NCBI GenBank assembly: GCA_051362555.1
Contig: CM120645.1
Coordinates: 21,576,001 to 21,640,000, forward strand
Length of the DNA stretch: 64,000 bases
Direction: 5' to 3'
Source: Lingula anatina
Taxonomy: Eukaryota; Animalia; Brachiopoda
The notes beneath the pieces are model-generated. The model saw only the letters and a list, made by a program, of their open reading frames with translations, searched no databases and had not been told where the DNA came from. The translations under genes and the position numbers were made by a program. Positions 1 through 13,630 of this stretch are shown here, one piece after another (the first letter of the stretch is position 1; each line of letters starts with the position of its first letter).

Positions 1-138
1 CATACTTGGAACGGCTCACATTTTGCGAAAAGTACGGTGTCTAAGCTGCAGGAAGCAGTTGACACACAGAAAAAAGACCCAGAAGAACATCTAAGAGATG
101 GAGAGATTCACATAATAATAATAATAATAATAATAATA
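1..138 (+). mobile_element. 3' end of a Dong/R4-clade non-LTR retrotransposon ending in a (TAA)n tract
   Basis: Frame 2 reads ILGTAHILRKV, matching the LGTA.ILRKV terminus of R4/Dong RLE-type ORFs. A short 3' UTR and (TAA)9 at about 113-138 follow; (TAA)n is the known Dong target/tail. Confidence 0.75.
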
Positions 139-3100
139 AAATTTAAAGACGTAAAAGTAAAAATAAATAAAATATTGCTCAGCTGATAAGAAAAAGCCGA
201 ATTCAAATCTTCGACTATAATTTGGATGACCAGGGGTTGTTTTGTGAAGTAGGAAAAATCTGTCAAATAGGCTTTATTCCAATAAAACAAATTGCATTCG
301 AGATTAAAACTTCATCTTATACAGTAACTATGCTACAAGGTTTTCTTATAATGTCATTGCTGCCACGTCCACTTGTTCATAATGTTATTTAGTGCCGCAG
401 GAGTCTTTCACCTTAAAACATTTACCCACTAGTTGCTTGAGATTTTCCGAGAATTCCCTGAGTGCTAGCTTGTAGATCACTTTGTTTCTTATCGCACTGC
501 CCGTCTTCATTATCAGCTGCTTATCTCAAAGGGAAATAAATTGTCGGATAAAGCTGAATGCTTCCTTTGCGGTGTGTCAAGGACCCGATTGCTTGGCCTT
601 AAAGAAATAAAGTCTATATGGAGCTTGAATGTTGAAGCTCTACACGTCTTTACTGCCTTTTAAAAAGACTTCTATCAGATAAAAAGCATGGCGGACAGTT
701 ATGTGTACAAATGTGGAACCTGTTTGTAATATTATGTTTTGAAATGTGTGTGTGTGTGTGTATACATATAGCCTTGTTAAAGGAATGTAACAATAGCATT
801 CTTAAACAAAATAAAATAGTATTTTCGAATTAACTTTTAAACATACAACATTACTAAACCTCGTCTACCATTATATGGCAGGGCACCTGTTTTTTGACAT
901 TCAGATTAAAACTTGCCAAAAATGGTACAATCTTTCCAGGTTACCATTACGTTGAGCCAGTGAGGTCGTGAGCGATCCATGACTTTACAACGCCTACATT
1001 TGCGGCAGAAATTGCAAAAGAAGTGGTTAATAAGGCGTGAGTTTCAAAACAGGATGTCGGTAGTCGGTTCATGTGCCCCCTGACTTTTGCTGTTGTGTAA
1101 CTTGTAATTCGTCGATGGTTTCATGAGACATAGGGCCTACTAGGCCTGCTGTTTGTCATTCAAAAACATTACCAGTTGTTCACCCTTTTTGTTAAAGGCA
1201 TGAAACCTGGTCAACTTGATTTACAGATACGATCAAATCTAGATATTTAACACATCAATGGATCCCAGGTGACCTTTTATTACAATATGACCATCAAAAT
1301 CAGATTTGACCAATCAATTTTATCATTTTTTTTGTTCAAGTTCCTGAAACTTGCCCAGATAACATAAGTGACTCGTGCAAATATTACCATATCTGGGTAC
1401 GAAACCACCACCCACGGACCCCCCCCCCCCACCCCCCCTACGCGAGGCGACATTTTTCCAAGATGGCTCCCAGTGGTGAAGGGAAGAGACAATATTTGGG
1501 ATTTCGAAGTGCGTCTATTCACGTACTGTAACTAGAATCTGTGTGCAAAGAGCTGTTTGAGAATTCGACCTAGAGATTTGAACTGCTTTGGATGCTGTTT
1601 TCGTGAGAGGTATTTTTGTTGCCTGCGGCTTAGTGCTCTTTGTAGGCATAAAACACTCAACACACTTCCAACGGTCTTCTGTAATATGAAAAATAAAGAA
1701 AATCCAAAACCACAAAGTCGAGTTTCGTGTTTTTTTATTAGACAAAAATCGCCCACAGGTAAACTAACATCCCGTTTGCTATTTCGAAGCGCCTGGTTAA
1801 GTCATCATTATTTTGATATTATGACATTCAAAATGCGTCATATGCCTACTCTGATGTATAATTTAAAAATACATTGACCAAGAACGGAGGGAAAAAGGCC
1901 TGAGGAAAAATTTAAGTAGGATGTGGTTTTCACCTGTTCGACTATCTTTACTGAAAACACATTGGCACTTTTTAAACTTCACGAACATTGTTTATATACC
2001 TTACGGTAAGACCAGCACATAAGGACAATGGAATTGGCCATTCATTTGAGGCTTCCCAAGCCAGTAATAGTGTTGTTTTTTTGTTAATATATGAACACAC
2101 AGTATAGGATCTATTCATTCCAGCAGTCATTAGAAGCCACACAAAAAGGTCATTGGTAAAAGGTACTGTCCATGCAATTTACAGAACTATTGCTTAATTA
2201 AGGTTGGAATCTTTAGTTTTTCTCCTCTACAGAACCCTTCGGTCATTTTTTCTCTATAATAACTAGGAAGCCAAATATTCAACACATACTGCAAAAGGTA
2301 AAGATAAAACACCTGACATATTGGATTTGTTACACGGCTTGGTGTGTCACAAACTCAGTCGCTATAGTGTCTGAAAATCGAAGATGGTCCTCCGTAGTAA
2401 TGAAAATTTACAAACTTGAAAAGTGGATTTAAAAAGTCTTTATATGGATGATACCATATAAATAAATTGTTTACTTGAGCTGGTCCATGACAAAAATCAA
2501 GGATGCTTTACTATATAACTGTTATAGAACACACCTGTTGTAAAATCTCTTCGTAATGAAAATGCTCGACCTTGTAAACTAATAATGAGGTTTCTCAGTA
2601 AGCAGTAACCCTTCCTAAAGGCCAGAGTCTAATCGATCGGGTCGTGCATCCGTTATTAAACTCGCCGCACGTCAACAGCTGCAACATGTGATATAATTCA
2701 GAAATAAGGAAGAATATACTTAATCAGGGTCGATATAGGTTGCTTTTGTGGCTCATAATTTGAATGTTTCATGTCATTGTTCAAGAAGCTGCAGGCTGGT
2801 TTATTCGCTCGTTGTAAAGCCGAATTATTGGCATCTCATTTCAGATGAATGTTTCATTTTGTGCACGCTAGTGTTAGTGTCTTAAAAAAAAACATTACAC
2901 AATTATTAACCCATGTCCTGGTATGCCATTCGTAATTGAACAACCTTATGGATTGGAGACGAAAATCATCAGGATCGATCGACAAGTTTTATTTATGGTA
3001 TTAAACAGAGAATCAGGGTTAGAGTCTGGGATAAGAATAATAATTTTTTATTTTGTCGACTTGAAATGTGAAACTAGTTTCACCAAACGAATTCACTTTC

Positions 3101-3987
3101 CTTGGATTAATAAGAGACTGCCAAATTCCTCTTGGTTACATATTTATCTGTATGTTAGTCTCTTCGCATATTGAATCTGCTTTAATTTTCAAGAACGCAA
3201 TTTCCTTAGAACTGTTGCAGGATATCTATAATTTTTTTCCACCGCGAGAATATGTACCAAAATATTTCTGGTGACATTATTGAATTTATCGGGAATGAAA
3301 GAAAACTAATCTTGTCATGAGTGGTAATTGACAGATAACATTCTGGTCATCCGTGGTAATGAATAAGATCTTTTATATCATGCTCATAAGAAAGGTTCTT
3401 TGCATGGTGGCCCTAAGTTTGAATCATGACACTCAAATAACTTGAAGTGCGATCTAATCGTTTTGTTTACAAGATTGACATGTACCGGTAGGAAGCTTAA
3501 TCTACCCGCGTGTTTTTACGTGTACTAAAAACCAAGTTAGGCCTTCCTGGAAAACCAAGCGGTGTCCAGACACATGTTATTATTATTATTATAATTATTA
3601 TTTTGATTAACTGCTTACTTGCAGATATGATTTTCAGATCTTCAAGATATCATACTTGTCGTTGCGAGTTATTACACAAACGTGTATACTTACACGCAAA
3701 CACACGCAAACAACCCCCCCCCCCCAACACACACACACACACACACAAAAGCTAAGCGCATTTGGAAATAAACCTGTCTCTTTAAGGCTGGGGAATTAAA
3801 GATCAACCATAGAAGTTACCCTCACCTTTACAAAAATTGATGCGATATTGCAGTGACCCAAGGTACATGTTTATCTTTAATCGTTCACTGAAATGAAGTA
3901 TTGAGCCTGTTTTGTAGCCAGGCAAAAATGCACCTGTTTCAGATTAAAAGTCACTTGAATACTACAAATTTATTCTGGATTACAGTT

Positions 3988-4042
3988 GACCAACATACTG
4001 TAATAACCAGTCGTTTGGTTATACAGGTTCTTTGATTTCTGC

Positions 4043-4081
<39 letters not shown>

Positions 4082-4246
4082 AGAGATATACATGTAGAGA
4101 CATATAGGAGAGACCTGAGTTGTACAGTCGATTGAATAAAATTAATCATGTAGCAGAAATTATACCTGCCTGTCTCAGTTGTCTTTTGGTGAAAGAGAAA
4201 TCAAAGAACCTGTATAACCAACCGACTGGTTATTACAATACTGGTC
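3988..4246. repeat. Inverted-repeat (MITE-like) element enclosing a (GA)n microsatellite
   Basis: About 42-bp near-perfect inverted repeat, TGTAATAACCAGTCG(T/G)TTGGTTATACAGGTTCTTTGATTTCT, at about 3999-4040 and 4196-4237. (GA)n lies at about 4045-4078. Confidence 0.7.
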
Positions 4247-5330
4247 TAAAAGTTAAGATTAACCGTCGTTCTTAATTTCCTTTGTGAAACCTGATCCAGT
4301 ATAAATCGCCTTTGAAATTTGGCCACAACTTCCTAGAGTTATACAGCTCACAACCCAGCGACATTGCAGCCAAAGGCAGTAGTAACCAGTTTATATGCCC
4401 TGCTTTGCTTTAGCACTTACGAAACATAGGATGATATCTTCCAAGTTCTCCAAAAGTCTCAAACGGCTATATGTGTATTTGGAAGAACAACATTTTTTAA
4501 AACACGTAGAGAAACTTCAAAAAAAAAATAAAAAATTGTGTAAACCTAGATGAAAGTATATCGTGTACATTTGTAATTGATATATGTTCTAAACGATAAA
4601 GCCAATTGGCATTGTATCATCAGGGCGGCTAACGTGACGTTTTCTTTTTATCATTGAAAAGTGTGTGTGGGCGGTGGAGGAAGAAAAAACTGGTAGTCAG
4701 AACAGCAGTTTCAAACTGCTTGGCAATAACTATTGTTATAGAATTCTGATTCCATACGCAACCAGTTTTGGTTTGCAAATTGTCAGGTTACAAATCTCCA
4801 ACAGACGTCCGTAGTTGACATTCAGTTGACATTCATTGTGTCTAAGTAATGCAGAATCTACACTATGTTGGTAAATGAGACACCGTTTTTCAGTCAAACG
4901 GGTAAAGCGACATTATAGCCCAAATATCGCTGCGTGATGAAAATTTATTTTTACGAATGCTATTGCTTTTACTCTAATGAAGTACCAAATCTCTTTTGAA
5001 CACTCATGTTTATTTAATCTCCTGAATAATATCATTTGTATATTATTGTATGTTCAATGTGCCCCATGTTCCATAAATGTATACAAACTTGTTGTGCCTC
5101 TATAATTTATTTAGAATATAGAACATCGGATTGTCTGTCATTTGAATGAATCGTAATCTGGTAAAAAATACGTACGTTTCAGTTAGTTTCGTAGTAAATG
5201 CTTCCAACAGATTGTGGAAAAAACATTGCTCAAAATTTAAATGCAACAGTTAAAACACAACGCATAAGCTCATAATGACAGCCTCCCTGAACTAAATTCG
5301 TCTTTAAGAGGCCATTGCATTTTTTCACTC

Positions 5331-6503
5331 TTAACAGTTGTCGTCCGACATTAACTCCAACGATCCGACGTCCAAGTCGTTCGCGACTCCGAGAGTATCC
5401 AGATCGTTCGTGGCTGTTATCGCTCGCAATTTCTTTGATTGCGGGACCAGCAATTTTACACTTGCTCTAAATGACGATGAAACCAGTGCGTATGCTACGC
5501 AGTTTAAACTGTACCTGATCAGTGACATTATATGGAAGAGGCCAAAGAGATTATGCTCCTCGGGTGAAAGGCTGTAGCCAGAGTCTCCGTATATAAACTG
5601 TAGAACGATGATTTTTATCTGAATGACGTGTTGAGGCAAAGAGAGCACCAAGTATATGGAAATGATCACGAAAGGAATATTCAAATGGAATGTTATATCT
5701 TTCTCGACAGGTCTTTCCTGGTTATGATCGAAATTTTGGCCCGGCTCACTCTCCTGCATGCGAAGGGAAACCACTTCTGTATTAGAGTTAGCCTCATTTT
5801 GCCGTGCCTGTTTACGCTTTGAGTAAAATCTCCTGAAGCAAATATAGCAAATTAAAGCGCTTACCGCGAATAATATGACATCTGGTAAAATAACCACCGA
5901 AAACGTTTCAATCTTCTCCATAACGACCAGGGTGGAGAAATAGAGCCCAAACTGCGGTAAGCACATTCCTGACTCAACTCCCGACATCCATGTGAGATGA
6001 ATGAAGGACATACTTGAAAATGTCCCCAGCCACGCAACAATTATCTTGCAGCGAATGGAACTAAAGTGTTTCTGTGCTGCCCCTGCTTGTGACACATACC
6101 CGAAGGAGAAAAACATCAGGATAAGCAACAGCCACGTTGAAAAGCACCTGCAAACGTACGATGCATACAAGACAATTTGACATAAGCCATTAATTAAAAC
6201 AAAACCGCACTGCATGCGTTCGAGTCCTATCATGAACGCAAAAATCAAATAGCAGGCGTCTGTTATGGAAATCACCGACAGGAGATATGCTGCTGCTATG
6301 TTCTTATAAAACATTGGTCGGCGAAAAATCACTGCCGAGAAAATGCTGCAGAAAATCCCTGCGACCATAGCCAGTAGCTTGATAAGCAGATGAACATGCT
6401 GCAAACTTGCAGGATTTGTCCACGAGTTCTCAAAGGTACCGTTAAGTGACAAGTTTGAAGATAGGTTCATATTGGAAGATAGTGAGTCTCCCTTTGCGGA
6501 CAT
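5331..6503 (-). CDS. Single-exon class A (rhodopsin-like) 7TM GPCR, divergent FMRFamide/peptide-receptor-like or chemoreceptor-like orphan, 390 aa
   Basis: Intact ORF with seven hydrophobic segments and N-terminal NxS/T sites (NLS, NLS, NGT). TM2 LSVISITD, TM3 Cys (GLCQ), ECL2 Cys (GMCLP), TM5 ILPD, TM6 LSLP and TM7/helix 8 LNCVAYALVSSSFR. Confidence 0.9.
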   Translation of the reverse strand: MSAKGDSLSSNMNLSSNLSLNGTFENSWTNPASLQHVHLLIKLLAMVAGIFCSIFSAVIFRRPMFYKNIAAAYLLSVISITDACYLIFAFMIGLERMQCGFVLINGLCQIVLYASYVCRCFSTWLLLILMFFSFGYVSQAGAAQKHFSSIRCKIIVAWLGTFSSMSFIHLTWMSGVESGMCLPQFGLYFSTLVVMEKIETFSVVILPDVILFAVSALICYICFRRFYSKRKQARQNEANSNTEVVSLRMQESEPGQNFDHNQERPVEKDITFHLNIPFVIISIYLVLSLPQHVIQIKIIVLQFIYGDSGYSLSPEEHNLFGLFHIMSLIRYSLNCVAYALVSSSFRASVKLLVPQSKKLRAITATNDLDTLGVANDLDVGSLELMSDDNC

Positions 6504-6859
6504 ACTGTATAACTTTCAACGTACAAGTGGTGTTTAATTGACGAGCAGGAGAATTTACCGCAACGATATACTGCTGCAACTTCTTAAAGGACACCTTAGG
6601 AACGCCCACCGATACTGTTTTTGTCCAATACCTCCACGAGAAGCACCGGGTGACAGTGATTGTACAGACTGTGATGAATATGATAAAAGCGTGACATATC
6701 GGTTACCGTGCGCCCCTCCCACCTATGCCACCAGAGCCAATACCAAGGCACGGGGTTTTGAGTGATGTCATCGATAGTACTGACCAAAGAACACTTGTAT
6801 ATTTGTAACTCGAAGGGGAGATAAAGAGATAATTTATTGTACATCCAAAGTATATTTTC

Positions 6860-7035
6860 GGCAGTATGACAGGAATGGTAGTCAGCTATTAACAGCTATT
6901 GGTCCGGACCCCATTTCTTTGTATAGGTGACGTTCGTCTCATATACGGACCCCAATACTCCGACTAACCCTTATCTGTGCTTATCATATGAGACCCCGGA
7001 TTTCCATTCCTAGGACTACAATTCCTGTCACATGC
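6860..7035 (-). mobile_element. Degenerate MITE of the CCGGTGTGACAGGAAT-TIR family
   Basis: Reverse-complement similarity to 57529-57704 (CCAATACTCCGACTAACCCT, CCATTCCTAGGACTAC, ATTCCTGTCACA). Confidence 0.65.
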
Positions 7036-7435
7036 AGGACTAATTCTGAATCTGCAATAACACAGGCGATATCTGCTATGTATTGGGGAATTGAAGTGAA
7101 CGGCGTTGCTACGTGTATGCTACTCTTCACTAAGGGAACACTTAGAAAAGCAGGCATTTAAAATAAGCCTTTCTGTTCAATAATTAAAAACGTAAAACAA
7201 TAATTGTTCGCTTTATTGAAATGTACATTGTGTTTGGACTTAACTATCAAAGATTATTATGCAAATGAGCATAAAAATTATCACAGGGGTCAGAAATTAA
7301 ATTCACATCTCTACGAGTCTTCAGTATCGTGTGTCTGCCTCTGGCAAACTCAAATGCTTCATAACGCCTCTCCATCGAGTAGTTAATGTTTGGAGCTACA
7401 ATGTACGTAGAATGCAATTCTAGTTTTGGATCTAC

Positions 7436-7472
<37 letters not shown>

Positions 7473-10400
7473 TTTTGGGGGGGGGGGGACTTCGCTGAAA
7501 TCGTAGCGGGAATAGGCAGTTCAGTCCTTTATGTGGACGTTCCTATGTTATCTTACACCTTACACGATGGCCACTCTTACCCGATGAGGACGTGCTTTGT
7601 CAATCTTTAATATGGTTCTGTGACCTATCCTACGGATAAATGGCATTACCAGCTGTATCAAAATCAAATTCCTGAAGTAAAATCTGGTGAGATTATACCA
7701 ATAATAATGTAAAAGGGAGCGAAAACACGAAAATGGTTAAAAACTGGTCAAGGTGATAGGGACGGTCAAGCAATGAATCATGAGTAAGAGAAAATTATAT
7801 GAAGAGATTTCGATGTGGTGGGTCAATACCGGAAAGGATACCTTTAATAATAGTTCAGCTATTCTAGTATCCGCATTTTGTTTATGGTAGACACCCGATC
7901 TGCAGGTTATTGACTCGCTGCCGTTCATTCTTCACTGATGAAGTTATTAAGGTAGAGACAGTATTTATCCTAAGTCTGATGGTAATAAATCAAAACACAC
8001 CTGCGACAGAAACATCGATTTCAACTTATATCAGACATCTTAAATCAGTTGGATTGCAGCCAGAGGAAGCATAATGATAGTTAAGCAATTCTTCGCTGAA
8101 TGCAGGATATTTTGTCCTCTAGTAATAGAGAGGTGAAGAAAGCTGCTGCAACTTAAGCACGTTCCAATTAGCCCACTCACATAGGATAACAACTCCTTAA
8201 TTTGGCGGGAAAAGTGTTATAAAGCGGATGTGGAAACGAAAATACGTGGTTTCTCGGTCCCATTCAAAAGAGCTTCAGAGAAATTGTTTTCGGGTCAAAC
8301 TATCGTTTTCTTTAAACCAGGTTGTTTCCTATTTTGCCGAGTTTGATTTACAATATTCTATGTAAGTTTGGCAAACATTTTGTTTTCTAAACGAGCAACA
8401 GCTGAGCTTCCATTTTGTTGGTTATGTCACCATTTTCATGTGTGGAATACATTGGTCATGCGCACATGCACGGACGCAGTCACCAACTGCTATGGGGTGC
8501 ACGTAACATTATGATTGCAACTGGTGAATAAAATCGTTTTGAGATATTTTCTCACACTACAAATACACACTGTATGGTTTTACTAGAAAAGTAAGATTTT
8601 GGATGGTTTATGTCCTTGTTTACCTTCATGACCTTGTGTTCGTTGCCTCTGCTTTGGAATTTTACACCGTGCATATCGCTTTTTAAAAGGCCAAAAATAG
8701 TAAAGATATACGCCATTTTTACATTTGTACAGCAATCCACTACTGAGCAAAACTAGAAAAAAATTCTTTCTTGTCCAAAATGGGTCCTGCGACATTTCCA
8801 TCGTTGAAGGGTTGAAATTGCTCTAAAGTTATATTTTCAGACATCTGCATATCTACATTTTCTGTTCTTTCATAGAACTTAGAAAACGATTAACCCCCTA
8901 AAATAAACGTAGGCCCTACCTGACGTTTTTTTTCTCTGAATTGTTCTGGACATAATGCGGTTTAAATGACTGGTCCATCATTTAGAACTAAATCATGTAA
9001 AAAGAATACTATACGTTGGATCCAAGTAAAGGAATTAGTTGTGTAATGATTCGTGAATAAAAGGAAATTGCTTTTTTTCTTTTTGAAGAAAATTCAATTT
9101 GGCGGAAAATCCCAGATAGAATACTTTCAAGATTAGACAACGGGAAGTTTATGCTCGTCGCTCTTTTTCAAAGAACAGAGCATTTAAGAATTGAGATCAT
9201 GCTTAGGTCAACAATCTGAAATAAGTTCTTTTTGTTACAAAAGCCAATACTACTTTTTAATTTCATTTGTGTTCTACTATATGTTGTCGCTTGCTCAAAG
9301 TAATGCGACCCTGCTCTTCGGGGCTGCAAATAAAAGGGAATGAATTTCGTATTAATTCAGTTTGTTGCTAAGAGGTCTCACTGTCAATAAACCGCAGATG
9401 GATCGCATTTAATGCGGTTACTTCGAGCAGAAATAAAATCATTAATTGGTAGTTTGACAAATGTTCAGGATCTAGGTAGTGATTATTATCCGGTTAACTT
9501 AGCTTTCGAAATGCTATTCTTCACAACACTACATCTGAAACATGTTTCTTATAGGCGGCAACATCCTTCAAAGGAACAACTTAAACCACCCACGGCTACG
9601 TGCCACGAGATTCTAGGGAGAGAAGGCCAAGAGACATGAAACCAATGGAAACGAAAACATAAGAAATAGATGTAGAGTATATACCGTATAGCTAGTGCTC
9701 CAAAGACCACGGCTTGTTCTCGTACATGAAATAATAGAAAATGGATTAATCAGCAACGGTATTGAGTTGGTTTAGACCAAAGCCAACCTAACAAAACCAA
9801 TAAAAATTTCACAAGGAAACTGTCAGTAGTTTGATAATATTGGTAGAGAAATGCTATTTCTATTTCAATCACATTTCCGTCTATGGAAAGCGGAAACATG
9901 GCTTATTTCTTGTGGGTATTTTTAGATTTGTACTGTTGTTTTAAGTGCAGTATACAATTTGATGAAGATGTTGGAGACTTGCAGACGAAACAAGATTTCT
10001 TAAATAGGAACAACTTTGAATTCGATTTGGTTCAAAATCTAACAATCTGATTCAAACAATTTTATCATGTCCCGAATGACTTGGACTAATTCGTATCAAG
10101 CTTATTGATATGCATATGATGACTGTCGTTGATGTGTTTGTCTAAAAACGGGTTAATTTTCTCTTACTGCAATGAACAGATATGATTGTTTGTTATAGTC
10201 AAGATTTAGTCTCTGAGGAAGTACATGTATATCTTATTTCTGTCACGAATAAACACTAGTCTAGGTCAGTAAACGTCCAAGTCTTGTTAAAGCCTACTAG
10301 TAGATTACATTTCCGTCCGGTACTCGTGTTTTGTCCCTTTATCCCTTTTCCTGAGGTGACTGTGCGGACACAGACGTTGGTCATGCAAAATTTTACCGAT

Positions 10401-12112
10401 TCACGGCGTCGATAGCCTCTGTGGTTTTGTCAAGCTAAAGCCATTGAGAAATCTTAGAATTGTAAGCCCGTAGGCCGTAGCAATATCGAAGATGGCATGC
10501 ACCGTTCACGTACGGGCAGTGTTGGGTTGACTTGCAGGGATCTTGATAATGACTGAACCCTCCTTCTTTTGATGGTTTAAGGATGTATAGCAATAGAAAA
10601 GGTGTTTAAACCTTTCAATAATTCACTTGCAGGATTTGAGATTGCGCTTTTCCTTATTCTTTCCACACTATAAAATACATCGTAGGGGACTGAGCCGACA
10701 ACGATCTTCAAGGAGGCTGTGATGACAGCCTGCGGCAACTGTACTGAGACTGAAACTGTCACTTTTCACTTTTCAACCGAAAACCCGATTTTTTTTCTCA
10801 TGCGACCTCAAGGTGATGTCGGAGAAATGGTACCGCACCAACACGGAAAATTATACACGATTTCATCGTATGGCGCCCATGGCAAATGTAATTTGAAGCG
10901 TGTACTTAACATGTCTCATTTTATATTTTAAAGTATTTTGCTTTAAAACAGAGCCTTCCTTAATTACCTTACGTAAATGCCTTCTATAATGGGATCTCTG
11001 ACAGTCCTCCAGAAACCACAGCATAGTTATCCGATTACAAAGAAAACCCTAGACTGTCGTCTGGTAATTAGTTTGACTCTAAGGACATTAAGATGTCTTT
11101 GCCCCTGGATGTTCCATTACAACACCGACCCCAGGGAGGAAAAATCTAATTACATTTACATAGGTACTTTGCAGATACAGCCAGGAAGGGGTGCTAAAAT
11201 ACCTGTGTTTCAGTGCCCAAATCAACGTTTAAAACATTTAAATTGTGTATTAACATAGTAAAGTCTATTGAGCATATTTTTGGTTTTATACTTTGTATAA
11301 ATTTTATTGTTGGCATCGTTATCTTTTGGCAAGGAGAATCAGAGCAGTGCAGCTGTATTTTGTGCCATTGCAATGAAGATGTGACAAAGATGACCTTTAG
11401 AACTGCAGAAAGAAAGTAATTTGAGCAGATTGCTAATGAAATTAAGGTCAAAGTTATACAATGAGAATTAGACATTTGTGTACTAAATGTAATTTTCCTG
11501 AAAATTCCGTCATTTTTAAAAATGTTATCTCCAGGGACGTACGCAAATTCCAAAGCCGACGAAAAATTACGGCAAGTAAACCGGTTTTGAGTTCTAGGTT
11601 TCAAGGTTTTTAGTCTTTCCTGTTATGGCGATAGTGGCTGGTGACGTTAGAGTGGAAATTTAGAAATTGTAACCAGGTTTATAGATTGGAATTTTCTCAG
11701 CTGTTTAAGAAATGGTGACATTTACCGGTACCTTGTTTAAATTTCCAGAATAATCTTTGCTAGTAGAAAGGTCTTATGTACACTGTATTCCTTAATGGAA
11801 TTTCGTTCAGTTTATGTTACTTAATCCATAGAATGCGGCAATGTTTTTTTCTTGCTTTACGTCAGTGAAAAGTCAATTGTTGTGAATGGAAATAGTATCG
11901 TTATTCTTCATTAAGGGTTATCAGATCATTTATGAGCCGTGGCCATATTTTACATGTGCCAATTAGAAACGTTTGGCTGATCCATGTTATCATTAATGTA
12001 TTTTTGATTAATCCTCAAGGATTTTCTGTAGCAAAAAGTAGAACAGAGCTTAGGAAAGTCAAATACCTTATCGTTGCATGCATATATGGGTTCCGTATTT
12101 TAACGTGTCTTG

Positions 12113-12156
<44 letters not shown>

Positions 12157-12489
12157 AGCCCTTAGACGCCACCGCAGTTTATTGAATAATCGGTTGGAGA
12201 AATATCGCCCATGATGTACATGTCAAAGGGACTTTTGCAGTGACATTTTCATGGGGATTTTTCCGAAAAAGCGAAGAAGAGTTGTTGGAACACTTGTAAT
12301 ATGATCGAGATATGGGGTTATGTGGGATTGATGCATGCTTGATTATACATGTACATCACCTCCGGTCAGCCTTAGAGGACAATTCTAAAGACTGTGGCAT
12401 AAGAGAAAGATTCCTTTTAACTGGTCCTGAGCAAGGTGAGCGAAGAAATAATTTTTTCAGAAACTTTTTTTGATTTCTGTATGATATTT

Positions 12490-12721
12490 TCAGTTTGCAT
12501 GCCAAAGCGATATTTTGCAACCAACTCTGTATGCTCCCTCCCCCCCCCCCAACCCCCCGCTGTATTTCTGTGCATCTCTGACCCACGCGGTTGCAGCAGC
12601 TCCCAGTGAAACGTGTGAGGCTGCACGGATTGCTATACTGGAGAGATATTCTTATGTTATTAAAGCCATGAATGAAACTGTTCAAATCTGAAATATTTTA
12701 CTTGCTGGGAGTATTGCAACT
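12490..12721 (+). repeat. Dispersed repeat, copy 1 (related copy at about 23333-23543)
   Basis: Shared collinear blocks AGTTTGCATGCCAA, CAGCTCC.AGTGAA..GTGTGAGGCT, AAACTGTT.AAATCTGA and GTATTGCAACT. Confidence 0.6.
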
Positions 12722-13122
12722 GTATTTTTCAACACTACAAGTTAATTGGATTTTCAGTGATGGTTTGTAACTGTACTGATGTATACAAAGACGTGAAACT
12801 CCAAACACACACATAAGTTGCACACTGATTCGCACTGCACCACGAGAAACACGAACTTTTTCATTTGAAGTATCAACGAGTAGCTTTCACGGAACATACA
12901 TGTATAATAAAGCTAACTATATAAACCACTGGTCATATGATCCTATTGGGAGCAGAAACATGAAATGTAATGTAGTACGTCTATAAAGTTGCACCAATTA
13001 TTCTTTGGTTGTGCCGTCCACCACCTACTAGTTTGTGATGCGTTCTCAGGATAATACTGAAGCATGCCCCCAGAGGACCGAACTATGAAAGATGCTGGAG
13101 TAAATAGCTGGGTAGCTTTGTT

Positions 13123-13294
13123 CCGGTGTAACGAAACTGAGGGTCCGTGTAACAGAAAGTCCGCCTTCCGTTAAGTTATAATGGTTAGGGTTAGTCTGAC
13201 CTAAGTGGGTCAAAACCCAGGTTGAGGCTTGCCTGTACAAATGAATGGGAAGCGGACTCTCTGTCATGGGGAACTCTCTGTCACGTTACACCGG
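13123..13294. mobile_element. MITE with CCGGTGTAACG TIRs and an internal GGTTAGGGTTAG
   Basis: Termini CCGGTGTAACG and CGTTACACCGG. Confidence 0.7.
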
Positions 13295-13455
13295 ATCTCG
13301 AGGTAGATTTCACTGATGCTGGATTAATTATTGCTGAGATTCCTTTCTGTTTGTTGCTTTCTGATCCTGGTACCGTGATGCTGTCACTGGTGTGGGTTAA
13401 GAGTTTATGTAGTCTTTCGGATCAGGAAGAATGGTTTTTAATTAGAGGTAGCTAA

Positions 13456-13630
13456 TGCACACTAACTCCACGGGGACTCTCGCTGAATGCAATCAGATTA
13501 ACAGAATAACATGTCTACTTTATTTTCCAACGTACTCGTATAATAACCAGCTTCTCTGTATTCTGCTCAACGCAAAGAGGAGGCATGTTAATTGGTTGCC
13601 TTCAGGGAGAGTCCCCATGGAGTAAGTGCA
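13456..13630. repeat. Inverted-repeat (MITE-like) element
   Basis: TGCACACTAACTCCACGGGGACTCTCGCTGAATGCAATCAGATTAACA pairs with TGTTAATTGGTTGCCTTCAGGGAGAGTCCCCATGGAGTAAGTGCA. Confidence 0.6.

Noticed and set aside
6538-6844. ORFs upstream of the GPCR as a separate gene or N-terminal exon
   Set aside because: No motifs and no compatible in-frame splice to the GPCR; at most these are uORFs or 5' UTR.
11194-11604. 136-aa minus-strand ORF
   Set aside because: No recognisable motif or splice context; composition is typical of AT-rich repeat-derived sequence.
13183-13194. GGTTAGGGTTAG as an interstitial telomere
   Set aside because: Only two units, and they lie inside a CCGGTGT-ended MITE.
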